Positions 36,875 through 44,947 of a stretch of 64,000 nucleotides of DNA are shown piece by piece. Location: IMG/VR virus record IMGVR_UViG_3300032307_000764, positions 184,192 to 248,191 of that record; one strand, given 5' to 3'. The DNA comes from a virus. Taxonomy: Duplodnaviria > Caudoviricetes. The notes under the pieces are model-generated. The model had not been told where the DNA came from and ran no database searches. It saw nothing but the letters and a program-made list of their open reading frames with translations. Within the stretch, counting starts at the first letter, position 1. Every line of letters starts with the position of its first letter. The position numbers and the translations under genes are program-made.

Positions 36875-37303
36875 ATGAATCACATCAAACTTTTCGAACA
36901 ATTCAAAAACGGATTATTAAAAGAAAGCGTACAAGATAATATGGTATTCGATTGGCTTCCTTATGACGCTCAAATCGATAATCCTATTCAATCGTCCATG
37001 CCCGAATCTTTGTCTTATGACGATCTTATTAAATATTGCAACGAGAATGATTGCTCAGGAGCACAAGAGGCTGGTCTTTTTATAGCTCACGTTAAAAATA
37101 ATGACGGAGGTTTTACTAGATATATTGCCACATCTTTAATGCCTTTGAAATTTGACATTTCTACCTTTAGTAAGGATTTTGAAATGAAAAACGAAACTAA
37201 GGATGTAGATCAAGCGGATCTAGATCCTACTGCTTATAAAAAAGCATCATCTCTTTTAGGAAGATCTGGTATGTTTGATTTTAAACCTAAAGATTCGGAA
37301 TAA
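36875..37303 (+). CDS. MNHIKLFEQF-family protein
   Basis: N-terminal motif; C-terminal KKASSLLGRSG. Confidence 0.8.
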   Translation: MNHIKLFEQFKNGLLKESVQDNMVFDWLPYDAQIDNPIQSSMPESLSYDDLIKYCNENDCSGAQEAGLFIAHVKNNDGGFTRYIATSLMPLKFDISTFSKDFEMKNETKDVDQADLDPTAYKKASSLLGRSGMFDFKPKDSE

Positions 37304-37463
37304 TAGAAAAATATAGTTATTATTAAAGCCTGGACGCTAAGCGACCGGGCTTTTTTGTGCTCTGTAGAAAAATTTTCAACTTTTTTTCAAAAAACCTTAA
37401 ACTTTTTTAAAACCCCCGCATATAATATCTGTATAATATAAAAACAATTAAAAAATAAAAATT

Positions 37464-37937
37464 ATGGAAAATTTAGAAACAACGTTAACAGCAATTAGAG
37501 CTTTAAGAAATGACAAGGGTGTAAAAGCTTGGTTAGCACCCAATGAAATTCTCTTTAGAGAGAGCGAAACAAACAGTGATATGTTTCTCACCACTTATCG
37601 AATTAGAAACGCTTACGAGGAGCTTTTAAGCAAATTAAGAGTGGGCGAGGAAGTTACTGAAGAAAGAGATATCCTATTAATTCAAAGATTCTTTGATATG
37701 ACTTTCTATCCTCCAAGAAAAATGAGTCTTTCCGCTTGGAAAGAGGGAAGAGATCCTAAAGTGAGAATCGTCAGAGCTTATAAGGATAGAAGATGGAAAG
37801 GTAACAGAAGAAGACAACACGAGATTACCCTATTATTAGACGACGGGAAAACATATCAGATAAATCCTAATGATGTACTTAATAAGTTTTTGCACATTAG
37901 AGAAAACTTTGTTAGCCTCTTAGGATCTAATCTTTAA
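37464..37937 (+). CDS. Hypothetical protein
   Basis: 157-aa ORF with its own terminator. Confidence 0.8.
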   Translation: MENLETTLTAIRALRNDKGVKAWLAPNEILFRESETNSDMFLTTYRIRNAYEELLSKLRVGEEVTEERDILLIQRFFDMTFYPPRKMSLSAWKEGRDPKVRIVRAYKDRRWKGNRRRQHEITLLLDDGKTYQINPNDVLNKFLHIRENFVSLLGSNL

Positions 37938-38035
37938 TTAAGAATATTCTCCTGAAATAATAAACCGATGCTTTAGAGCATCGGTTTTTCTTTGTTTTTA
38001 TTTATTGTAAATAATTTTCGAAATATATACTTAGT

Positions 38036-38344
38036 ATGGCTAACATCAGAATAGACGGAATAGAAATAATGGAAGCAGACCTTCCAGGTAAAATGGCTTG
38101 GACCTCAGTAAGCGAGGAAATAGAAGCTCTTGGTGGAAACGGATGGAGATTACCTACTGAAAAGGAATTTGCAACTATCTATAGACTATATAAGCTAGGT
38201 ATAGGAGGGTTTAAAAAGACAAAATACTGGTCAGCATCTTCTTATCTTACTGATTCCTGGTATTTCGATTTAAGCGTAGGTTATTCACCTCATGTGACTT
38301 CACAAGAGAACCTTTTCTACGTTAGACTGGTTAGAAGCTTTTAA
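38036..38344 (+). CDS. DUF1566/Lcl-C-like small protein
   Basis: GWRLPTEKEF...YWSAS...FYVRLVRSF. Confidence 0.75.
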   Translation: MANIRIDGIEIMEADLPGKMAWTSVSEEIEALGGNGWRLPTEKEFATIYRLYKLGIGGFKKTKYWSASSYLTDSWYFDLSVGYSPHVTSQENLFYVRLVRSF

Positions 38345-38345
38345 A

Positions 38346-38558
38346 TTATTCTTCTCTTAATCTTCTAAGTGCCTTAGAGACAGCTTTATCAAGATCCTCT
38401 GTAGATTTTCTTAGACCTACATCATGAATACTAGATAATGATCTTGCAATTCTGTTCTGCTCTAATACAACCTGATAGGAGTGATCTTTTTCTTTTCTGA
38501 TGATTTCGTCTGCTATTTCTACAGCAAGCTCTTCGATGTGTTTTTCGTATGATTTCAT
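38346..38558 (-). CDS. Hypothetical protein
   Basis: 70-aa ORF. Confidence 0.7.
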   Translation of the reverse strand: MKSYEKHIEELAVEIADEIIRKEKDHSYQVVLEQNRIARSLSSIHDVGLRKSTEDLDKAVSKALRRLREE

Positions 38559-38659
38559 AATTATAATAGTTAAGATATTCTAAAATATTTCATATAACTA
38601 AAATAAAAATACCAATTGAATATAAAATGGGAAGATCCTAAGATCTTCCCATTTTTAAA

Positions 38660-39001
38660 TTACGGCTTAATCTTATTAAAAACACTTCTCCTAATGGATT
38701 TATACCCATGATCTTTGGGAAATAATCTCAGTTTCAAATACTGTTTCATATCTGAATAATAACTAAAGATAAGATTCAGATCGATATGTGAACTAGATTT
38801 TATCTCATTCTTATATTCGTACCACTTACCATCTTCATCCTTAGCAATTCTTAAAAAATTCCCGGACTCTGTCATAAATACGTGCTTTGATGTTTGCTCT
38901 AAATAGTTAAAACCGATTTTTACTTGTTCTTCTTTTGTTTTCATAATTTTTAATTTTAATTGTTGAATATAGATTTCGTTTTCTTCTTCTCTTGTTTTCA
39001 T
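38660..39001 (-). CDS. Hypothetical protein
   Basis: ORF in the minus-strand operon; duplicated MKT(R/K)EE start. Confidence 0.7.
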   Translation of the reverse strand: MKTREEENEIYIQQLKLKIMKTKEEQVKIGFNYLEQTSKHVFMTESGNFLRIAKDEDGKWYEYKNEIKSSSHIDLNLIFSYYSDMKQYLKLRLFPKDHGYKSIRRSVFNKIKP

Positions 39002-39007
39002 AATTTA

Positions 39008-39634
39008 TTATTTTTTAATCCATTGGTAGTAACCTTCCATTACTCCATTATCGTGTCTTTCAAATAGCCCAGACCTGTAAACTGCTTCCACGTTATGCAG
39101 ATTCGATCCCTGATCTTTACCTTTTTCGTCATACACCTTCCATGTATAGTAATGGTGAATGTTTGGCCTAATTGTGAGGTCATCTACTAGTTTATTCTGA
39201 AACCATGACCACCCTTTTTCTGAGTTCTCTAATGCACGTTTCTCTCCTTCCAATTGAAATCCCTTGTGCATTTCTACCGAGTGCTCATAAGATTCTTTAG
39301 CATCCTTTAGACTGTTCTCTTCCCTTTCTTTTCTTTGAGATTCAGAATATCCCAGACTAAATTTGAATTTAGAAACGACCTCTTCCCAAGTGGGAATATT
39401 GTAAGTGCTGATCATGTCAGATACGTAGTCCCATCTGTCTATGCAGTGGATATCAACTTTATTTCCTTCGGTGCTGTAAACCCAGTTACCTTCTTCATCT
39501 AGGTAACTATAAGGTCCGTCCCAATATCCTGCTTTTAATTCTGCAAATCTTGGAATACCCCCCTCCATTCTGATGTGTGCTTCTCCTGAAGGGTCTGCTT
39601 CTTGGAGCATCTTAATAAATTCACTTGTTTTCAT
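39008..39634 (-). CDS. Hypothetical protein; start overlaps the end of the PTH2-like gene
   Basis: 208-aa ORF. Confidence 0.8.
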   Translation of the reverse strand: MKTSEFIKMLQEADPSGEAHIRMEGGIPRFAELKAGYWDGPYSYLDEEGNWVYSTEGNKVDIHCIDRWDYVSDMISTYNIPTWEEVVSKFKFSLGYSESQRKEREENSLKDAKESYEHSVEMHKGFQLEGEKRALENSEKGWSWFQNKLVDDLTIRPNIHHYYTWKVYDEKGKDQGSNLHNVEAVYRSGLFERHDNGVMEGYYQWIKK

Positions 39635-39992
39635 AACTTTCTTTTTTTATTTGATTTTTAGGATTACATAGGGACAAATGAGAAAGGCCCTTACGGATAT
39701 CTGGCGATCCATAAAGGCACAATGATGTATACTCGTCTACGTCTGGCTCGAAAAACAACGATGCCTCTGTTAGACGAGAATATTTCTCATAAAGCTTTAA
39801 TAAATGTTCTTGTGATTTTGCGGAAAGACAAATTATAGAGTTTGACTCTTCTTTCCATTTTTTAAAGACCTCAGGATGCTCGTAAGCGAAGTCTGCAATT
39901 GAATGTGTGGATTGCACCACTTGATAACCTGGGTTGATGTCTTGTCTGGTTATAATGACAAGCTTCGGTTGTTGGAATTTAATCTATTTCAT
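39621..39992 (-). CDS. PTH2-family peptidyl-tRNA hydrolase-like protein with in-frame TAG at codon 3 (ATG AAA TAG ATT...)
   Basis: MK*IKFQQPKLVIITRQDINPGYQVVQSTHSIADF...WKEESNSIICL...FFEPDVDEYTSLCLYG; the track start (GTG 39920) cuts off the conserved first strand. Confidence 0.72.
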
Positions 39993-40015
39993 GGTATCTT
40001 GTTTTTAATTCTACA

Positions 40016-40023
40016 CAAATGTA
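40016..40023 (-). promoter_or_regulatory. TACATTTG (-7 element) upstream of ATG 39992
   Basis: TAnnTTTG followed by a 23-nt A-rich leader. Confidence 0.65.
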
Positions 40024-40080
40024 ATAAAAAGTTTCTAAAGTTTATCGAAAATTCTAAATTTTTTCAAAAAATATTTTACA

Positions 40081-40419
40081 CTATATTTTTAAATTCTTAT
40101 TTCTTTCTCTTTTATATTTTTCTAGAGCATCAGTACACTCCTTGTATTTCTTTATCCTTCTCTCCTCGTTCTCGTCGATAAGCTTTGGATTTTTTTTCAA
40201 TCTTTTTGCCGATTCCACTGCATCCTCAAATTTTTCGAAAAGGTGTGGCTGATGTTGATCAAAAAACTCTACTGATAGTGTCCATGTGTAATCGTATCTT
40301 TTCCACCGATTAAACAAGTTAAATTTCTTTTTTTCCCTATAGTATATGACATAGTGAGTCTTTCTCTCGCTAAAAGGCTCTACTATAATCTCTACTTCTT
40401 TACCCTCGTATTTTTTCAT
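40081..40419 (-). CDS. Hypothetical basic protein
   Basis: 112-aa ORF. Confidence 0.75.
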   Translation of the reverse strand: MKKYEGKEVEIIVEPFSERKTHYVIYYREKKKFNLFNRWKRYDYTWTLSVEFFDQHQPHLFEKFEDAVESAKRLKKNPKLIDENEERRIKKYKECTDALEKYKRERNKNLKI

Positions 40420-40554
40420 TCTCTTATTTATAATCCTCCGTATTTTTTAAAGTCCTCGTTGTAATCGTCCCATCTTCTCTTGAACCAATTAACTATTGAT
40501 TCTCCTATTTTTTCTACTACTTTCATATTATTAAGATTTTAATTCTATTTTATA

Positions 40555-41415
40555 TTACATAATTGGAGATTGGTTGTCAGGTGTACATGGCATTAAAAAA
40601 CGTAGATATCCTTTTTCTTGAGAGAATATAGGAGTCTCTAGATCAGCTTCCCATTTACTTCTTTTGTAAGATTCAATTACGCGAGTCTTTCCGTCCATGA
40701 TAGGCTCGCTCTTTTTAGGATACACATGTTCAACTTTTCGAATAAGACTACCTCTCTTTTCTCTTGGGCTATAGTCATTCCAGTTGATTCCCTTTTGAAA
40801 AATCATCTCCTGCATCTCGTCAGTCTTCTTACCATGCAATTCTTTTTGTGAATATAGACTTTGAGCAACAGAAGAAATTGAATTTCTAGTAGCATCTTGC
40901 TGTCTCCAGATAAAGTAGTTAATCACCTCTTCTTGATAAGGGATCTGAAATACACGAGCGTCAAACATTGCAAGTTTGAAGATTTCAATTTCCGTTTCTG
41001 AAATGTAACATTCATCTCTAAACTTTGGTTCAATACCAGAATTTCTAGCAAATCTTGCCATTCTCAATTGATTAAACTTTGCAGTTGCCAATGAAGCAGC
41101 GATACTCGCCATTTTCTGCAAGTTACAGTCAAACCAAGCATGAGTTGAGATGTCATCGTAATCAGTGATGAGAATTGAAATCTCATCTGATTGAACGTAT
41201 CCAAATTTTGCTCCTTGGATATTCTGACATAAGTACTCGGTTGTTTTGTTCATGTCTTCCATTAACCCGACATCGAATGGACGATTAAGTCCTTTGGTGT
41301 AAGTGTGGAATGCTTTTCCGTCAATACGGATGATCGTGTTGGTGCGACGTACCAACTTGTGTCGTGTTCGGTCTTCGTAGAAGTCCTTCATTCTGTCGCC
41401 TAGCGAATCTTTCAT
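40555..41415 (-). CDS. thg1: tRNA(His) guanylyltransferase Thg1-like protein (3'-5' polymerase)
   Basis: LGDRMK...IIRIDGKAFHTYT...YVQSDEISIL...QKMASIAASLAT...FDARVF...YFIWRQQDATRNSIS. Confidence 0.93.
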   Translation of the reverse strand: MKDSLGDRMKDFYEDRTRHKLVRRTNTIIRIDGKAFHTYTKGLNRPFDVGLMEDMNKTTEYLCQNIQGAKFGYVQSDEISILITDYDDISTHAWFDCNLQKMASIAASLATAKFNQLRMARFARNSGIEPKFRDECYISETEIEIFKLAMFDARVFQIPYQEEVINYFIWRQQDATRNSISSVAQSLYSQKELHGKKTDEMQEMIFQKGINWNDYSPREKRGSLIRKVEHVYPKKSEPIMDGKTRVIESYKRSKWEADLETPIFSQEKGYLRFLMPCTPDNQSPIM

Positions 41416-41420
41416 TTATT

Positions 41421-41921
41421 TTAATTTTCAATTACAATTTCCTCAACCTCCTCAAATATGAAATCATCATAATCTAAACCTAACCACTTAAATCTTCCTT
41501 CGTGGTTTAGATAATGATTGAATACTTTTATCATGTCATCCACCTGTGGCATGATCTCAAGAAGATTAGATGACTTGCTCTCTAATACGAATGTGAGTGG
41601 TTCTGGTCCCGTATCACTAATGTAAGTTGTAATTTTCCAATCTCCTCCATATTGCCAATAACGCCTATCGATGCAAGATTGAATGAATCTCAATGCTGAC
41701 AGGTTGTGACACTTGAAAAAGATAAGATATGGTTTGTAATTGTGGCCACAGCACGATTCATTTGTTTCAATCCCTTTAATTGAATTAAGAGTGTCACACA
41801 GGTCAACACATTCGGCGTCCATCCATCCTCTATCCTGATTGTCTTTACCCATTTGGCTTAAGATCTCGCTATTACTAAGAACCTTGTCGCCGTAATCTAC
41901 TTTGTTGTTTAATCTTTTCAT
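41421..41921 (-). CDS. Hypothetical protein, weak resemblance to the TYW3-like N-terminal motif
   Basis: D..CVDLCDTLNSIKGIETNESCCGH. Confidence 0.45.
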   Translation of the reverse strand: MKRLNNKVDYGDKVLSNSEILSQMGKDNQDRGWMDAECVDLCDTLNSIKGIETNESCCGHNYKPYLIFFKCHNLSALRFIQSCIDRRYWQYGGDWKITTYISDTGPEPLTFVLESKSSNLLEIMPQVDDMIKVFNHYLNHEGRFKWLGLDYDDFIFEEVEEIVIEN

Positions 41922-41935
41922 TCTTTATTATTTAG

Positions 41936-42018
41936 AAGTCAGGACAGGATTCGAACCTGTATTGGCTCCATCCTTAACGGATGGGTTCGGATCCCACACC
42001 TCTTTACGCCACCTGACT
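41936..42018 (-). tRNA. Atypical tRNA-like RNA (ambiguous anticodon, CCG or TTA reading)
   Basis: Acceptor AGTCAGG/CCTGACT, T-arm ACAGG-TTCGAAT-CCTGT; weak D-arm. Confidence 0.55.
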
Positions 42019-42027
42019 ATATTAATA

Positions 42028-42252
42028 CTAGTTTTCCTGTTTTGATAAACGCTCTAATAACTCTTCAGCTTCCTTGATTACTTTAGAAGTATTGTCTAGC
42101 ATTTCAGAAATTCTTTTATCCTCCCCTTTATATTTAGTAAAAAGAAGAGCTCCAATAACTTCTAAATCACAACCCATTAATCCGCCTTCTTTTAATTTTT
42201 GAGCTATTTCGTCTGCCTCTCTCTTTAGTCCTTCTAGTCTATAATTTTCCAT
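42028..42252 (-). CDS. Hypothetical protein between the two tRNA-like genes
   Basis: 74-aa ORF. Confidence 0.7.
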   Translation of the reverse strand: MENYRLEGLKREADEIAQKLKEGGLMGCDLEVIGALLFTKYKGEDKRISEMLDNTSKVIKEAEELLERLSKQEN

Positions 42253-42265
42253 TTTTAATTTTTTG

Positions 42266-42346
42266 TGGTCTTAGCAGGATTCGAACCCGATGTAATCCGT
42301 TTTAGAGGCGGACCTACCTAGCCATGGTAGTTTAAACTCTAAGACC
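42266..42346 (-). tRNA. Putative amber suppressor tRNA (anticodon CUA) with non-canonical D-region
   Basis: Acceptor GGTCTTA(G)/(C)TAAGACC, anticodon arm TCCGC-CTCTAAA-ACGGA, T-loop TTCGAAT, discriminator A. Confidence 0.62.
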
Positions 42347-42362
42347 TTTTTAATTTATAATC

Positions 42363-42399
42363 CAAATCTATAGATAATACTAAAAATAAAAAAATGATT
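42363..42399 (-). promoter_or_regulatory. Bipartite early promoter directly upstream of the CUA tRNA
   Basis: Minus strand AATCATTTTTT from 42399 and TAGATTTG from 42370 (29-nt spacing). Confidence 0.8.
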
Positions 42400-42423
42400 T
42401 CTTGATAAAGATATATAATTGTA

Positions 42424-43197
42424 ATGAAGCACATCCATACAATAGAGCAATTCAAGTCATTAAATGAACAATTATTTGCTGCAGAGATATCAAAATTCAA
42501 TAAACTTATGGGAATTTCAGTTGAAGAGACTGGAATGGAAGAACCTAATCTTTTTGCTGCTGAAAATCCTGCTGGTCTAGGGCAAGCATTAGTTCCTATT
42601 GCTAGAGTAGATGTAAACCAGATGGATTCTTACGGATCCACTGTTGGTATAGCTGATAAAAATGACAGTGCTGACATACAACAACCAGCAGCTGGGCCTA
42701 TAGGAAATATAGTTAACTCAGCTTATGCTAATCTTAATGTTTCTACAAGAAAAATACCAGGTACTGGGGGAGGTAACTTAGGATGTGCAGCAGCAGTTTC
42801 GATTATATTCTATAGAGCTACTGGTTATGCTATAGCTGGATCTGGGGCAGTAACGCTAGGAACAGGATCTCTTTGGTCGTATATGGATGCAGAGAGTAAA
42901 AAATCTAACGGGGTCTGGAGAAAGATAACTAATTGGAAAACTGAATCACAGCCGGGTGATATAATATTAACAGCTAGAGGATCTAAAGCTGGACACGTTG
43001 GTGTTGTTGTAGATGGCGGAAATATAATTTCTAATTCTTCTGGAGGATTTAAAGGAGACAAAAGAGGACAAATAGAATTGAACTATAATCTTAATAGCTG
43101 GGACAGTGTTGCTAATAGAAACCCTTCTCAAACTGCATCTTTTAGATATGTTGGTCCTTATAAGAGAACTTGGGGTCCTTCACAACCTATTGCATAA
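42424..43197 (+). CDS. MKHI-family protein with C-terminal papain-like (NlpC/P60/CHAP-type) domain
   Basis: LGCAAAVS...PGDIIL...GHVGVV (Cys/His dyad). Confidence 0.65.
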   Translation: MKHIHTIEQFKSLNEQLFAAEISKFNKLMGISVEETGMEEPNLFAAENPAGLGQALVPIARVDVNQMDSYGSTVGIADKNDSADIQQPAAGPIGNIVNSAYANLNVSTRKIPGTGGGNLGCAAAVSIIFYRATGYAIAGSGAVTLGTGSLWSYMDAESKKSNGVWRKITNWKTESQPGDIILTARGSKAGHVGVVVDGGNIISNSSGGFKGDKRGQIELNYNLNSWDSVANRNPSQTASFRYVGPYKRTWGPSQPIA

Positions 43198-43258
43198 TTT
43201 CTGAAATCATTTTTTTCTTCTAACCGAAGTTTCTATATTTGGATCTTAAAATCTAAAT

Positions 43259-43483
43259 ATGGGAGAAAAAATAATTAAAGTAAAGGACAATTTCAGGACT
43301 AACCCTGAAAGCTTAGTACCAGGGGGACACGTGGTTGAGATCTTCAATAACGATGGACTTAGACTTGTATATGACAAGATAAAAAATCCGGGAGCTTACA
43401 TAGCTAGAATCACCAAGGATCAAACCATTAAACAGGTATATGTTGACGGAGAACTTAAATTTGATAGAAATGGAGAGCAGTAA
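43259..43483 (+). CDS. Hypothetical protein
   Basis: After promoter at 43205-43241. Confidence 0.75.
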   Translation: MGEKIIKVKDNFRTNPESLVPGGHVVEIFNNDGLRLVYDKIKNPGAYIARITKDQTIKQVYVDGELKFDRNGEQ

Positions 43484-43817
43484 GAAAATGATGGATCTTG
43501 TTTATTTCGGATATGCTTACGAGAGTGATTCGAAAAAACTAGAAAATGAATTCATCGAGGAAATAAAAGTTAAATTCCCGGAATGTGATCTCAAAGATGC
43601 TTATGACGAAATCAAGGGATACAGGAGAGAGGTAATTCTTCCTGGTGAAAAGAAAGACGATTACTACTCATGGGTATTTGCTTTCGGGTGGGCAGAATGT
43701 TCACTTAGCGCCAATCTAATGATGATGGGAGATGATGCTAATTCCGCTAGAAAATACATAGCTATGGCAAAATCTCAGTACCCGGAGAATTTTAAATCTG
43801 ATGATTCTTCTATGTAA
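43470..43817 (+). CDS. Hypothetical protein
   Basis: Overlapping operon ORF. Confidence 0.75.
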   Translation: MESSKKMMDLVYFGYAYESDSKKLENEFIEEIKVKFPECDLKDAYDEIKGYRREVILPGEKKDDYYSWVFAFGWAECSLSANLMMMGDDANSARKYIAMAKSQYPENFKSDDSSM

Positions 43818-43857
43818 GAATAACCATCGATATTTTATAACACCAAAGATTAAAATA

Positions 43858-44376
43858 ATGAATTATTTAGATTACGAAGTAACAAAGAAAGAAGATTCTA
43901 TAGAAAATATTTTCTGTAAAGAGCTAGAGGCCAAGGGAAAAACTAAACCCATGAGCGAACAGGAGACGATGATATTAATGCACATTATGCTAGAGAAAGG
44001 AAAAGGTAATTCTAATTCTATAGATGATCTCTACGATAAGGTGGAAAAACAATCAGCGCCATTGCTTATCCTAAAAGATAGATTGGAGAGTCTTAAAAAA
44101 TCTTCAGATAAGGAGTCACTTATTTTGTGTTCAGTATTTTGTAGAACACCCGGAGAATGTGTTATGTATGCTAACTATATAGCTTATAAGATGAAGGAGA
44201 ATAATACCGACCATCTAACGATAGAGGATCTGTGTAGTAATATTTTTCCCTTCGGATTTTTTACAGATGAAACCCTTGAGCAATTTTGGGATTTGCAGAA
44301 AGTAAATACTGAAGGAAACTACGGAAGTGATAATTTGTTGGATTATACTTTTGCTGCTACCTCTATTATGAAATAA
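43858..44376 (+). CDS. Hypothetical protein (start revised from 43801)
   Basis: A-rich leader before MNYL. Confidence 0.75.
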   Translation: MNYLDYEVTKKEDSIENIFCKELEAKGKTKPMSEQETMILMHIMLEKGKGNSNSIDDLYDKVEKQSAPLLILKDRLESLKKSSDKESLILCSVFCRTPGECVMYANYIAYKMKENNTDHLTIEDLCSNIFPFGFFTDETLEQFWDLQKVNTEGNYGSDNLLDYTFAATSIMK

Positions 44377-44412
44377 TCTATAGATTTCTCTCTATAATAA
44401 ATAAAATAATTT

Positions 44413-44547
44413 ATGGAAGAGAATGGTCTGCTGGAATTTATTGAAGAGCTGGTGATAAAATATCCCAACGATAACGAACTAGGAAAAAAGGTAAGAGAGA
44501 TTTTCTTGTCTAAAGCCTTAGAAAAAAAGAGAGAAAATGATAATTAG
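44413..44547 (+). CDS. 44-aa hypothetical protein (not in ORF track)
   Basis: MEENGLLEFIEELVIKYPNDNELGKKVR... Confidence 0.5.
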   Translation: MEENGLLEFIEELVIKYPNDNELGKKVREIFLSKALEKKRENDN

Positions 44548-44947
44548 TGTAGATTTTGATGGAACTTGCGTGACTCACGAATTTCCATATGTTGGTAGAG
44601 ATATCGGTTCGGTTCCTGTTTTAAAAGAATTAGTAGAAAACGGCAATCAATTAATTCTTTTTACTATGAGATCCGATAATAATAAAGGTAATTTTTTAAA
44701 AGATGCTGTATCTTGGTTTAGTGAAAACGGTATCCCTCTTTACGGTATACAAACTAATCCTTCTCAATCTTCTTGGACATCTTCCCCAAAGGCATATGCT
44801 GAAATGTATATAGATGATGCTTCATTAGGATGTCCGTTGATTTATCCAGAAAATGGTGAAAGACCGTATGTTGACTGGGTAAAAGTTAGGGAAATCCTAA
44901 TAGATAAGGATATAATCAAAGAAAATGGAAACTCACAAATATCCTAA
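44537..44947 (+). CDS. HAD-superfamily hydrolase (BT0820-like)
   Basis: IISVDFDGTCV...LILFTMR...KAYAEMYIDD. Confidence 0.85.
   Translation: MIISVDFDGTCVTHEFPYVGRDIGSVPVLKELVENGNQLILFTMRSDNNKGNFLKDAVSWFSENGIPLYGIQTNPSQSSWTSSPKAYAEMYIDDASLGCPLIYPENGERPYVDWVKVREILIDKDIIKENGNSQIS

Noticed and set aside
42200-42265. Theta/HDV-like ribozyme downstream of the CUA tRNA
   Set aside because: The tRNA is followed directly by an A-rich leader and an ATG; there is no nested double pseudoknot.
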